A stretch of 64,000 bases of DNA from Rhabdochlamydiaceae bacterium (GCA_047459655.1 JAJREF010000003.1:64001-128000); one strand, 5' to 3'; counted from the first letter of the stretch, positions 22,126-33,152 are shown. Translations and numbers: made by a program. Notes: generated by a model from the letters alone, not told the origin.

Positions 22126-23446
22126 CAGTAGAATTGGTGGAAGTATGCAGCGATCTCTTATTTCTCTTTCTTGTCTTTTCTGCCCCCTTAGTAGCCGCCG
22201 AAGCCCCCAAACAAGGCGCTCTCAAAGTAAAGGTAAACGCTCTTTCAGCTATTTTGATGAATGCAGACACGGGAGCTATCCTCTTTGAAAAGGATCCCCA
22301 TCTATTATCTTATCCGGCAAGTGTTACAAAAATTGCGACAGCCCTCTATGTGCTTGAAAAAAAGGGGGGGGCATTGGATGAGTCTGTGACAGTTCCACAT
22401 GAATCGGTGAAGATTATTTCCCCCGTGATTAAGCAAGCTGCCTTTGATGCACACCCGCCCCATCTTCTGGAAAGTGACGGAACAATGATGCGACTGTAGC
22501 TCTGGGAAATACTTTCCCTCAAGGTTTTGCTATATGGAATGATGTTGGTCTCAGGGATGACTATGCAGCAAATGCAATTGCCAAACATATGCTCGGGAGA
22601 TATCTGACAAGTTTATGGGAGAACTCAACTTCTCTTTACGCTCCAAGGGGATTCAAGAAACTCAGTTTTTAAATCCTCATGGGCTGCACCATCCCAATCA
22701 CCACACAACTGCTTATGATATGGCACTCATTACAAAAGAGGCATCTCAAACACCCCTATTTTAGGGAAATTGTCAAAACGGTGAAATACTCCCGTCCTCA
22801 AACAAACAAGCAGCCTGCAGGAGAGATGGTACAGTTCAACAGGCTCCTAAAACCGGGACCTTACTACTATTCTAAAGCGATAGGAGTGAAAACGGGACAC
22901 ACAGAGAAAGCAGGTGATCCTTTAAGTCGCAGCGGCTGAGTAGTCGAAGGGAGAACCTTAATAGCTGTACTTCTGGGATCTAGGGGAAGGGCAACCCGTT
23001 ACCAAGATGCAGTTAAGTTATTTGAAGCGGCTTTTGCAGAAAAAAAAGTGGGTAGAACGTTATTTGCCAAAAAGTTTGATCATTTTTCTAGAGAAATAAA
23101 AGGAGCAAAAACTTCTTTAGAAGCATCTCTAGCCAAAGATGTAGAGCTTGCTTTTTATCCCTCTGAAGAGCCTTATTTTAGATCTCGCATCTCTTGGGCT
23201 CCTGTCACCCTACCCATTTTGCCCGGACAAGAGGTTGGAAAACTTGATATTGTTACAGAGGGAGGCGTTATCCTTCAAAGCACACCCCTTTTGGCTTTGA
23301 AAGGGGTCGAGAAGATGTTGTGGCGCGCTTTTGTGGACGGATGCCTATCATATAAGAAGATCTTGCTCTCCAGTATACTGCTTTTAAATGTTCTAATCTT
23401 TCTTTTCTATTATTTCAAAAAATCGCAAAAAATCATGAAGACTTAA
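22126..23446 (+). CDS. dacC: D-alanyl-D-alanine carboxypeptidase (peptidase S11); several indels
   Basis: AILMNADTG.IL.EK, YPASVTK (SxxK), N.L and GVKTG.T..AG spread over fragments. Confidence 0.8.
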
Positions 23447-24229
23447 ATCTTCTGGTCGGACAGTCCCTTTTTCTCCCAGTTCTTTGATGGAGGATTCAAT
23501 TTGCTCAGCGGAATAGAGTTTTTTAAGAGAGGCTCGGAGCATTTTTCGGCGTTGCTGGAATGCTGTTCTTGTCATTTTAAAAAAGCGCTCTTCCGAAGAA
23601 ACCTCTGGTGGTTTTTTGAGTGTAATTTTAACAACAGCAGATATGTACTTTCGGTTTAGGAAAAAAACAGGTTGGTTCCACGGTAAATCCATATATAGGG
23701 TTTGCATAAAACCGCAAGAAAAAGAGAAAAGAATTCCACTCTTTTGATCCAGGCTCAGCTAAAAACGCTTAGCCACTTCTTTTTGGACCATGACGGTTAG
23801 AGATTCAATATGAGTGTATAAAGGAAGTAGCTTGGCTAAAATAGGCGTTGTAATATGGTAAGGTAGGTTTGCAACAACTTTTATTTTCTTATTTTTTGTT
23901 TTACACCAGCTCTCTACATCAAACTTAAGAAAATCTTGTGCAACCACCTGTAGTTGAGATTTTGCTTGGGGGAGTCCTTCCAAAGCTTGCGCAAATGCAG
24001 GGTCCATTTCAACAGCTGTAACGAACGCTTTTCTTGTAAAAGAGCCTCCGTTAGAGCTCCAGGCCCTGGTCCTATTTCTTAAAACCTGATCCCCTTTTTT
24101 AATTTCTGCTAAATGTAAAATTTTTCTTACAATGTTGCCATCAATCAAAAAGTTCTGAGAAAGAAATTTTTTCGGTGATAGCCCAAGCTCGCTTAGAAAA
24201 GCTTGCAGTTCAGAGGGGTGATACCTCAT
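23393..24229 (-). CDS. rsmA: 16S rRNA dimethyladenosine transferase; several indels
   Basis: PKK.LSQNFLID.N, VANLPY.ITTPIL, MVQKEVA.R, AFQQRRKMLR..L. Confidence 0.9.
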
Positions 24230-24230
24230 T

Positions 24231-24252
24231 AGACCTCTTGCGTAAGGTGAGT
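24231..24252 (-). repeat. Solo family B arm joined to a family C-like terminus, directly before the rsmA start
   Basis: Minus strand reads ACTCACCTTACGCAA-GAGGTCT-A-ATG. Confidence 0.7.
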
Positions 24253-24275
24253 ATTAAGGGGCTGTGAAATACAAT

Positions 24276-24427
24276 AGACCTTTTCAAAACTGATGCTCTT
24301 GGATTCGAGTTTTGTATAGCTCAACTGATTTGTAGGTCATATTGGCTTAATATGACCTACAAATCGATCTTCCAACTAGCGGAAAGAAACTCAAATCCAA
24401 GAGCATTAGAATTTCGAAAAGAGGTTG
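24276..24427. mobile_element. Palindromic element family C (152 bp)
   Basis: Imperfect termini AGACCTTTTCAAAA / TTTCGAAAAGAGGTTG; 20/22 outer stem TGATGCTCTTGGATTCGAGTTT / AAACTCAAATCCAAGAGCATTA; perfect 17-bp inner stem 24327-24365; CAAT on both flanks. Confidence 0.75.
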
Positions 24428-24434
24428 CAATCTG

Positions 24435-25480
24435 CTACTCACTTGTCAACGTAAACGGGACAAAATTATCAGGAATATTCAATGATTTTTCATCGTAGCC
24501 AAATTGCTTGTGTAGTTTCTCAATATAAAGAGCGAGCATCTCATTAATAGCTTCTTGGAGAAGTTCCTCTTTTATCTCTGTTGCAACCTCTTCAAAGAGA
24601 GGGGGCTCTTTTTTAACATGATCTTTAAGGTAAAACAATCTGTAGACAATTGACTGATCTTTGCTGATTTGCTCTATTGGAACGCTCACATCCCCTATAT
24701 TTAAACTAGATAACATATCACGGTGGGAAGAGGGAGTTTTTTTGTTTCTTCAAAATATTCGGGAGAGAGGTTAAAGACGGTTCCCTTGTAAAGGATTTTC
24801 ATCTTGCAGTTTTTGAGCAGCGCTTTGCAGATCAAGATGTTCTTCTTGAATAATGGAGAAAACCTTGTTAGCAAGTAGTTTTCCATTTTCTTTATCTTGG
24901 GATCGAATCCGAAAGAGTCTGGTACTTCCATTCCTCTTTTGGTTGATGGGTCTTAACATAGGCTTCTTTGATCTCTTTTAGAGTCACTTTAGTGAGCGCC
25001 TTGGTTGTAACGCGGAACCATTTCCATCCGTTGCCTCACCATATCTTCATGGACTTTTTCACGCGCTTCCTCAGGGGTTATACCAATTTTATCTAAGGAG
25101 GCCATGACGTTGGGCCCAAAGCGTGACTGGATTTCTTCTCTTATTTCCCCGTCCGATACTTTTATTTCACGTTTTGCTGCGTCGGCCATCATCAGTTCCC
25201 CTACGATCATCTGATCAAGTGAGGTGCGCCAGTGGTTAGTATAAAATTGATACCGTGCGACTGGTGACTCTACTAGGTCGGGTAATATCTATTCATATGG
25301 ATGTCCATCGTCTTCATCACATCTAAGACAGAAATTGTCTTATCATTGATTTTGACGAGGATACGGTTGTTCACAACAAGTTGGGGGAAGCGCCTTGCGG
25401 CATACCTTTAGCGGGGTCTGCAAAAGCAAGAAAAGGTAAAGAGTAATATATAATAATCGGATATTTAGGACTAATATATA
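24435..25480 (-). CDS. SurA/PrsA-like chaperone, heavily fragmented; start approximate
   Basis: Fragments LM.ADA....IKVSDGEIREEI..RFGPN and PP.FEEV..EIK..LLQ. Confidence 0.55.
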
Positions 25481-25482
25481 GC

Positions 25483-26575
25483 CTAAAGGGAGGTGATGTC
25501 AAGCTTTGCAAAGACCGCTCCGAAAAATCCGTCCATTCCATCTTTTGTAGGGAAGCTTTCGAAATGCTTGATTATTTTAAGGTTAAATTTTTCTTCGAAG
25601 TATAGCGCCTGCTCCATGTTTTCTTGCGGAAGAACGCTGCAAGTTGCATACACGATTTTTCCTTGAGGATCCAGATAACTTAAAGCCTCTTCGAAGATTT
25701 CCCTTTGCTCTTCTTGCAAGCGCGTTCAGGAGAGCTGTTGAAAATTTCCACTTAAGATCAGGATTTCGTCTATAGGTTCCTGTTCCTGAGCAAGGGACAT
25801 CGACCAAGACTCTATCCATTTTGTTTTTAAGTTTTCCATGAAGTCCAAATTGTACATTTTGGATGCCTGCTCTATTAGCCCTTTTTCTTGCTTCTTGTAG
25901 AGCGGAAGATCGAATATCATGGAGGTAGATTTGCCCTTTATTTTGCATATCTGGGGCAAAGGCAAGTGTTTTCCCTCCAGCACCTGCGCAAAAATCGAGC
26001 ACTTGCTGTTTAGGTTTTGCATCTACAAGAGAGGATATGAGTTGACTTGCTTCATCTTGCACTTCAAAGAGTCCTGCTTTGAACTCATCTAGTATCCAAA
26101 AATTTACGCGCTCGTGAAACACAATACCTGTTGGAGAGTGTTCACACAGGGAGAGAGGATAAAGGTTGCGCCAGCGATAAAACAGCTCTTCTCGTGATAT
26201 TTTTAAAAGATTAACTCGAATCGTCACAGGCGCTCGTGTGTTACTTGCTAAGCAAAATTCTTGAGTTTTTTCAGAGCCAAAGGCATTTGTTAGTAATGTA
26301 TATAGCTCTTGGGGGCAGCTAAAGCGAATGTGAGGGGGGATTGTAGAATCGCCGATATAGGCATAAGGATCAAAATGATCAAGATCACATTTTACATGCT
26401 CCACGAGACTTTTCCAGCGTATTTTCTCATAAATGGTTTCACTCAAATATTTCCGATCTTTAGATCCCAAAGCTTTGTGCGCGCGAAAATAATGATTTAA
26501 GAAAACGTCCAAGGGGGCTGATTGAGATTCAAAGATGGAGATCATTTGAAGAAGATGATACGATCTAAATTTCAT
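25483..26575 (-). CDS. RsmB/NOL1/Fmu m5C RNA methyltransferase; frameshift ~25720
   Basis: FEVQDEASQL, LDFCAGAGGKTL, VLVDVPCSGTGT.RRNPD, VYATCS.LP.EN. Confidence 0.9.
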
Positions 26576-26589
26576 GGGTAGATTGTATA

Positions 26590-26746
26590 ACTCACCTTAC
26601 GCAAAAAGGAATGGAGTGTTCTGAAAGGATTGAAAATCAAATTGCCCAAAATGGGTAGTATTGAATGAAATACAACCTAATTTCTGCAATTTGATTTTCA
26701 ATGCTTTCAAATACTCCATGACCTATCCTTTTTGCGTAGGGTAAGT
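26590..26746. mobile_element. Palindromic element family B, long form (157 bp)
   Basis: Termini ACTCACCTTACGCAAAAAGGA / TCCTTTTTGCGTAGGGTAAGT; inner stem ATTGAAAATCAAATTGC / GCAATTTGATTTTCAAT; GTATA duplicated at 26585-26589 and 26747-26751. Confidence 0.88.
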
Positions 26747-26827
26747 GTATAATAAACATTAAAAGATTGCTCTAGAAAAATAAATTGTACTACTATTCCA
26801 ATTTTCTACGAAAATAAGGAGCGGCAT

Positions 26828-27283
26828 GTGAAGGTTGTATTTGGGACGTTAGGAAGAGTCTTTTTAAGTTTGATCTTTTTGTCTTCTGCATTTAGTAGAA
26901 TTATTAATTGGGAAGGGAATTATCAGTATTTGATGGCAGGGCTTAATCATTGGCTTGAATATACAGCGTATATGCCTGATTTACACCGGTTCATTGATTT
27001 TGTCATACCGGTCGCTCCTATTTTGCTGATTGTTGCAACTATTTTTGAGGGATTGGGGGGGCTTTTTATTCTGCTCGGACTCAAACCAAAAATGGGCGCT
27101 TTTTTGTTGATTCTGTTTTTAATTCCAACCACTCTGCTCTTCCATGCTTTTTGGATCATCCAAGGGCCTGATCATGATATCCAGATGATCATGTTTTTAA
27201 AAAACCTAAGTATTCTAGGAGGTCTTTTCCTTGTTTTAGGATATGATGGAAAAAAAACCAAAAAGCCAGAGGTTAAGGCGTGA
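26828..27283 (+). CDS. DoxX/SURF4 family membrane protein
   Basis: LGRVFLSLIF, E.LGG...LLG, FLIP.T..FH.FW, F.KNLSI.GGL. Confidence 0.85.
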   Translation: MKVVFGTLGRVFLSLIFLSSAFSRIINWEGNYQYLMAGLNHWLEYTAYMPDLHRFIDFVIPVAPILLIVATIFEGLGGLFILLGLKPKMGAFLLILFLIPTTLLFHAFWIIQGPDHDIQMIMFLKNLSILGGLFLVLGYDGKKTKKPEVKA

Positions 27284-28848
27284 AGAATTTTTTACTCGTC
27301 ATTGTCAGCTGGGTTGTGGTAAGTTTTGGTCAGCCCGCTTGGGTGCCTTTTTTAGCCCCTATTTCTGCATGCCTGGGGTATGGTTTATTTTGGAGGGCGC
27401 TCCTTAAAATTCCTTCTAGAAAAAGAAGATTTTGGCTCGCAGCCGGTTGGTTTTGCCTTGTTCAGATGATTCAACTCTCCTGGATGACTTCAACCGAGTT
27501 CCAGGGTCTTTATATTTTAGCTGTGTATGCAGTTTTATGCCTCTTGCTGGGACTTCAATTTGGCGCGGTTTCTGCTTGCATTGATCGGATTCCCTACATT
27601 GCTGTTGCCTCTATTTGGACACTGATTGAGTGGGCAAGGCTCTATTTCTTCTGTGGGTTTTCATGGAATCCTCTAGGTCTTACCTTAACAGCGTTTACTC
27701 CTTCCATGCAGATGGCCTCTATTTTTGGCATCCTGGGTCTTTCTTTTTGGGTTGTGATTACTAATTTAGCTGTTGTCAAAAAGAAGTGGACGGCATGGGG
27801 GGCTTTAGCTTTGTTCCCTTACATTTTCGGTTGGGGGCATATCTTTTTCCATGCAGCTGATTTAGAAAATAGTCGCGAGTTATCTGTTGCGCTTGTACAG
27901 ACAGGGCTGCTTCCTTCGCAAAAAACTTTAATAAATGAAAGAGAGTCAGAATTTATCCCTTTCCATGACCAGTGGAGAAATATTCTCACTCTTCTTAAAG
28001 AAAACCCTAAGAAAGTGGACCTCATTGTTTTACCCGAATATGCCGTTCCTCTTTCAGCAGAGCTAGGCGCCTACTCTTTTGAAACAACCCGCCACATTTT
28101 GCAAGATGTGATGAAAAAAGACGTCTCGACTCTTTTACCTCAAAAGCCACCTTTATCAAAAGTGTCAAATAGTTTTTGGGTTCGGCTCATTGCAGATGTT
28201 TTTTCTGCAGAAGTTGTTGTGGGATTGGATGCGCGAGATGGGCGTCAACATTTTTCTTCAGCTTTCCATGTGCTTCCCCATAATTTACAAGTTAACCGTT
28301 ATGACAAGCAAATTCTTGTCCCTTTGGCTGAGTACCTGCCATTTAGTTGGTTAAAAAAATTAACATCTAGGTATGGAATTACAGAGTTTTTTACACATGG
28401 TAAGGAGTCAAAAGTTTTTTTAGGTAAGGTTCCTCTTTCTATTTCTATTTGTTATGAAGAAACATTTTCCCATTTAATCAGAGAGGGAAGGTTAAAAGGA
28501 GCTGAATTGTTAGTCAATGCCACTAACGATAATTGGTATCCCGCCTCTCACCTTTCTCGACAACATTTTGACCATGCTAGGATTAGAACTGTAGAAAATG
28601 GCGTACCGATGGTCCGCGCTTGCAATACAGGTGTGACAGCCGCAATTGACAGTTTGGGGCGGACTCTAGGTAAAATCACAGATGAGCGGAAGGCGGGTGT
28701 GTTGGTTGCTCAAGTTCCTCTTTACCATTATCCAACTCTCTTCACATTTTGGGGCAATTTTGGCATTTTGAGTGTCTGCGTTGGATTCTTAGGTCTCTCT
28801 TACTGGAAATCCCGGAAGTATCCTTCCGATTTAACTTGTACAAAATAG
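27280..28848 (+). CDS. lnt: Apolipoprotein N-acyltransferase
   Basis: TM N-terminus, IVLPE, YDK..LVP.AEY.P, ICYEE.F, TND.W, R.VENG....R.CNTG.T. Confidence 0.92.
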   Translation: MKNFLLVIVSWVVVSFGQPAWVPFLAPISACLGYGLFWRALLKIPSRKRRFWLAAGWFCLVQMIQLSWMTSTEFQGLYILAVYAVLCLLLGLQFGAVSACIDRIPYIAVASIWTLIEWARLYFFCGFSWNPLGLTLTAFTPSMQMASIFGILGLSFWVVITNLAVVKKKWTAWGALALFPYIFGWGHIFFHAADLENSRELSVALVQTGLLPSQKTLINERESEFIPFHDQWRNILTLLKENPKKVDLIVLPEYAVPLSAELGAYSFETTRHILQDVMKKDVSTLLPQKPPLSKVSNSFWVRLIADVFSAEVVVGLDARDGRQHFSSAFHVLPHNLQVNRYDKQILVPLAEYLPFSWLKKLTSRYGITEFFTHGKESKVFLGKVPLSISICYEETFSHLIREGRLKGAELLVNATNDNWYPASHLSRQHFDHARIRTVENGVPMVRACNTGVTAAIDSLGRTLGKITDERKAGVLVAQVPLYHYPTLFTFWGNFGILSVCVGFLGLSYWKSRKYPSDLTCTK

Positions 28849-28872
28849 AGAGAATTAGTTACCTTTTCCTCT

Positions 28873-29730
28873 ATGGATGTAAATCATCAAAAAACTTTAA
28901 AAAAAGAAGTAGTCTTCTCCGGTCGAGGTGTTTTTGAAGGGCAGGACGCTGTCGTTAGGCTTATTCCCGCACCCCCAGATACAGGTATTGTTTTCAAGCG
29001 GGTTGATTTAGAAGGTCATCCCTTGATTCCAGCCCAGCTAGACTTTGTGAGCCCCTCGACGCGTTGTACAAAACTTGAGCAAGGGGAAGCAGGCATTTTG
29101 ACAGTCGAGCACCTAATGGCAGCGTTGCGAGGTGCTGATATTGATAACCTGTATGTCGAAGTGTCGGGTCCAGAAATTCCTATTTTAGATGGAAGTTCTC
29201 TTCTTTTCAGTCAAATGATTCAGTCTGCAGGTGTTATAGAACAAGATAAAAAAAAAACCGTTTACAAACTTTTACAACCCCTTTCATGGAGCCAGGGAGA
29301 TACTCACATCATTGCGCTCCCCTCAGAAGAGTATCGAATCAGCTACACTTTGCATTATCCTCAATCTCCCTATCTACGTTCACAGTATTATTCCTATGTT
29401 GTCTCTTCTAAAAATTTTTTAAAAGAGATCGCGCCTTCTAGAACTTTTGTGTTATATGAAGAAATTGAATTTCTCATACAAAAAGGAATCTTAAAAGAAG
29501 GGGCTTCATTAGAAAATGGAGTCGTAATTAAAGGGGATCAAGTGTTAAATCCAGGAGGAGTTCGCTTCCCAGATGAAATGGTAAGGCACAAGATTTTAGA
29601 TATGATTGGAGATTTATCGCTCATGGGGACTTCTTTTGTTGCTCATATCATTGCCATTAAATCAGGTCATGCTGCTAATCACTTATTTGGAAAAGAACTT
29701 AAAAATATATTAATGAGGTCTGCACTATGA
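28873..29730 (+). CDS. lpxC: UDP-3-O-acyl-GlcNAc deacetylase
   Basis: QKTL, TVEHLMAAL....IDN, E.PILDGS, IAP.RTF, RHKILD.IGDL, GH. Confidence 0.95.
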   Translation: MDVNHQKTLKKEVVFSGRGVFEGQDAVVRLIPAPPDTGIVFKRVDLEGHPLIPAQLDFVSPSTRCTKLEQGEAGILTVEHLMAALRGADIDNLYVEVSGPEIPILDGSSLLFSQMIQSAGVIEQDKKKTVYKLLQPLSWSQGDTHIIALPSEEYRISYTLHYPQSPYLRSQYYSYVVSSKNFLKEIAPSRTFVLYEEIEFLIQKGILKEGASLENGVVIKGDQVLNPGGVRFPDEMVRHKILDMIGDLSLMGTSFVAHIIAIKSGHAANHLFGKELKNILMRSAL

Positions 29731-30197
29731 TGGATGCCCAAGCATCAAGACATCAAATTCTTTTAGATGCCAAAAAGATCGCTAAAATTTTACCTCATCG
29801 CTATCCTTTTCTACTTGTTGACCGCATTCTCCATCTTGACTTAGAAGAAAATGTCATCATTGGTCAAAAAAATGTGACTATGAATGAACATTTTTTTGTA
29901 GGGCATTTCCCTGAAGCGCCCATCATGCCTGGTGTGCTTATTTTAGAGGCTCTTGCTCAGGCAGGCGGGATTTTAGTGCATCAGAAATTGCAAACTGATA
30001 AAATCGCCGTGCTCCTTACCGTTAACAACGCTAAGTTCCGTAAGCCTGTTGTCCCAGGTGATGTCTTACTTCTGCATATCATAGGACAGCATATCAGCTT
30101 CAAGGGTGGAAAAGTAGCTGCAAAAGCAATGGTCAATGATCAAGTTGTCGTAGAAGCTGAGATTGGATTTGCGCTAATAGATAGGAATCAACTTTAA
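29727..30197 (+). CDS. fabZ: 3-hydroxyacyl-ACP dehydratase
   Basis: LPHRYPFLLVD, F.GHFP..PIMPGVLILEALAQ. Confidence 0.95.
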   Translation: MMDAQASRHQILLDAKKIAKILPHRYPFLLVDRILHLDLEENVIIGQKNVTMNEHFFVGHFPEAPIMPGVLILEALAQAGGILVHQKLQTDKIAVLLTVNNAKFRKPVVPGDVLLLHIIGQHISFKGGKVAAKAMVNDQVVVEAEIGFALIDRNQL

Positions 30198-30210
30198 AAA
30201 TTAGGTGTGT

Positions 30211-31065
30211 ATGTCAAAGACAAATATCCATCCAACTGCCATCGTTGACCCCAATGCCAAGATTGGTCAGGGTGTGACAGTAGAGGCCTATGCCATCATT
30301 AAGGGCACGGTGACAATTGAAGATCATGTCACTATTAAATCATATGCCTACATCGATGGATATACCACGATTGGATCAGGTACAACCATTTGGCCTTTTG
30401 CTAGTATCGGGACAAAAACGCAAGACCGCAAATTCCGTGGTGAAAAAACCTTTGTAGTCATTGGAAAAAATTGTGAGATCAGAGAATATGTCTCTGTCAA
30501 TGCCTCTTGCCAAGAAAACTCCGTTGTTCGCGTAGGGGATAACTGCCTTATCATGGCTTACTGCCATGTTGCTCATAACTGTGAGGTGGGAAATAACGTA
30601 ACCATGGCAAATGGGGTTAATTTGGCAGGGCATGTGATCATTGAAGATTTTGCCAATATCGGCGGTATGACGGCAGTCCATCAGTTTACAAGGATTGGTT
30701 GTTATTCGATGGTGGGTGGTTTTAGTAGGGTAACGCACGATGTTCCTCCTTATACCATAGGAGCGGGTGTTCCTTACAAACTCGGTGGCCTTAACCTCAT
30801 TGGCTTAAAAAGACACGGCTTCCCTTTTGAAGTGCGCAAAGATTTAACGAAAGCTTTTCGCTTCATCTACCGATCGGGGCTATACCTGTCTGAGGCCCTT
30901 GAACGTATTAAAAGAGAAATTAAGCCTTCTCTTTACATTAAACATTGGCTAGAGTTTTGTCTTGCTTCTCGCAGGGGGTTGATTGATCTCCAAGGTGTCA
31001 CGATACAGCCACAAGAGTCCTTTGAAAGAGAATATGAAGAGTTATTAGAAGAAGAAGTCACTTGA
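30211..31065 (+). CDS. lpxA: UDP-GlcNAc acyltransferase
   Basis: IHPTAIV, hexapeptide repeats, HVAHNC, HQF.RIG, GLN.IGL.R.GF. Confidence 0.95.
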   Translation: MSKTNIHPTAIVDPNAKIGQGVTVEAYAIIKGTVTIEDHVTIKSYAYIDGYTTIGSGTTIWPFASIGTKTQDRKFRGEKTFVVIGKNCEIREYVSVNASCQENSVVRVGDNCLIMAYCHVAHNCEVGNNVTMANGVNLAGHVIIEDFANIGGMTAVHQFTRIGCYSMVGGFSRVTHDVPPYTIGAGVPYKLGGLNLIGLKRHGFPFEVRKDLTKAFRFIYRSGLYLSEALERIKREIKPSLYIKHWLEFCLASRRGLIDLQGVTIQPQESFEREYEELLEEEVT

Positions 31066-31073
31066 TAAATGGC

Positions 31074-32009
31074 ATGAATATCGTTTTCTTTGGAACCTCT
31101 GCATTTGCAGCTAGAGTCTTGCAAGGGTTAATTCAAAAACACCTCCCCATTGTTGCGATTGTTACACGGCCTGATAAACCAAAGGGCAGATCTTTAAATC
31201 TCCTTCCTCCGCCAGTTAAAGAAGAGGCCTTAAAGCTCCAACTAGACATTCCTATTTATCAACCCATCAAAGCCTCCACACCTGAATTTGCGCAGACCCT
31301 AAAAAATCACAACCCCAGCCTTTTCGTTATTGTTGCTTACGGAGAAATCATTAAAACGCTCCTACTTGACATTCCGACCAAAGGCTGTATCAACGTACAC
31401 GCAAGCCTTCTTCCCAAATACCGAGGGGCCTCGCCCATTCAACGCTGCCTCATGCACGGAGAGACAGAGACAGGAATCACGATCATGCAGATGGTCTTAG
31501 AAATGGATGCAGGAGATATGTTGTCCGTCGTAAAGACCCCTATTTCTTCCGATATGACATTCGGAGAGCTTGACCAAAAGCTCAGCGAGATCGCAACCCC
31601 TGCCCTCCTAAAAGTGATCGATCAAATCGAAAGAGGAACTGCCCAAGCAATACCCCAGGATCACACACACGCTACCTTTGCGCCTAAGCTGTCGGCGCAA
31701 GAAGAAGAGATCCATTGGGAAAAGTCAGCAGAAGAGCTCCATAATTTAATCCGAGCTCTTTCCCCATTTCCCGGAGCCTGGTGTTCTGTTCAGATTGGCT
31801 CTGAAAAAAAACGCTTAAAAATAAAATTGTCAAAAGTTGAGCCTTCTCTCCATGGGAAGCCAGGAGAGGTATTAAGTCATTCAAAACAAGATCTTGTAAT
31901 TGCGTGCGGAAAAGATTCTCTCCGCCTTCTTCAGGTGCAGCTTGAAGGAAAGAAGCTTATGACAGTAAAAGAATTTCTTCAAGGCCTTCACAGTCTAATT
32001 ATTTTTTAA
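31074..32009 (+). CDS. fmt: Methionyl-tRNA formyltransferase
   Basis: VFFGT..FA, T.PDKP.GR, NVHASLLPKYRGA.PI, MDAGD. Confidence 0.95.
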   Translation: MNIVFFGTSAFAARVLQGLIQKHLPIVAIVTRPDKPKGRSLNLLPPPVKEEALKLQLDIPIYQPIKASTPEFAQTLKNHNPSLFVIVAYGEIIKTLLLDIPTKGCINVHASLLPKYRGASPIQRCLMHGETETGITIMQMVLEMDAGDMLSVVKTPISSDMTFGELDQKLSEIATPALLKVIDQIERGTAQAIPQDHTHATFAPKLSAQEEEIHWEKSAEELHNLIRALSPFPGAWCSVQIGSEKKRLKIKLSKVEPSLHGKPGEVLSHSKQDLVIACGKDSLRLLQVQLEGKKLMTVKEFLQGLHSLIIF

Positions 32010-32081
32010 CCCTTTTTTCTTGCTTTCTTGCGTTTACTTCTTTTATAATTTTCCTTCGATTAACAATTCTAAAGGAGTTTT

Positions 32082-32966
32082 TATGGATATAATTGGAAGC
32101 GTGGTAGGTGGAGTTGAGACTGGATGTCAATATTTATCCTTAGCCACAAAAATAGTAGGGAGGGTTGCTCGCCTTGAGTGCTGGGAGCGTTTAGCCGATA
32201 ACATAAAACAAGTGTATCAAAAATGCGCTCACTTGGAGGCTCTAAAAACATATATTGTTAGGCCTGTTGGATTTGCTTTAAGTACGCATAGAGTGTTAGG
32301 ATTGAATGTCTTAAGTTTAGCCACTCAAAAAGGAATAGAAAATATCACAAAAGAGTTAGGAGGCTATGCAAATGCTTCTTTGCTCTTTACGCCTTTGTAT
32401 AGGGCTTTTTCTTTTTTAAGAACCCCAGTCCGGACGCTTTCAGATTTTTTATATTGGGGTGGAATGGTGGGGATTCGCTAGCAGCTACAGCAGCAAAGGG
32501 TATTAAATTTTTTGCAGATTCGAAGCTTGGCTTTAATTTTTTAATGGATCGATTTCCCAGTCCGAGCTTTTCATTTGCAAAACAAGCTCCGATAGCCGCA
32601 GCGGCTTTTGGTTGGATAGCGAGTGACCGTGGAGTTTGTTTGAGCGCTATTTTTAATGTCTATCAAAATGCAAAGGGTCTCTCTTTAGCTCAACTTCAAG
32701 AGGTTGTTGGATTGCCTTCTCTTCAGGTGATTTGTAGCAGGGTAGATCAGGATTCCACAAGGCAGAAAGAAGTGGTTAAAAAAACTTTAGGTGTTGTGAT
32801 GTATTCCTCGGCGGCAATGATGGCTGTATATAAAATTTTTCACAAGCAAGTTGCTAGTAGCTATCCATTGGCTGTTCTTAATACGGCTTTATGTGGGGTG
32901 GCTGTGGTGTCTGGCATTCTGTTTGATCGTTGGAAAGACAACTCATCTATGCCCGCTAGATTATGA
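32082..32966 (+). CDS. Hypothetical hydrophobic protein between fmt and rplC; probably one gene with an indel ~32470
   Basis: AAGGAG RBS before ATG 32082; two overlapping ORFs (32020-32481 and 32454-32966); C-terminal hydrophobic segments. Confidence 0.55.
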
Positions 32967-32979
32967 TTTTAGAATTAGG

Positions 32980-33003
32980 AGAAGGAAGGGATCTCTTCCT
33001 TCT
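32980..33003 (+). terminator. Putative intrinsic terminator
   Basis: AGAAGGAAG-ggatct-CTTCCTTCT followed by GCTTT. Confidence 0.5.
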
Positions 33004-33152
33004 GCTTTGCCTTGTAGATAAATAGATGCCGAAAGAAATCTATTGTAGAAAAATGAATCAATTTGTTAGCCTTCTCGCTTTGACCCATATGCTGGCAGCA
33101 AAGCTGTTCTAAGAATGATGGGAAGAGAAGCTTTTACTTAATAAGGATTGTT

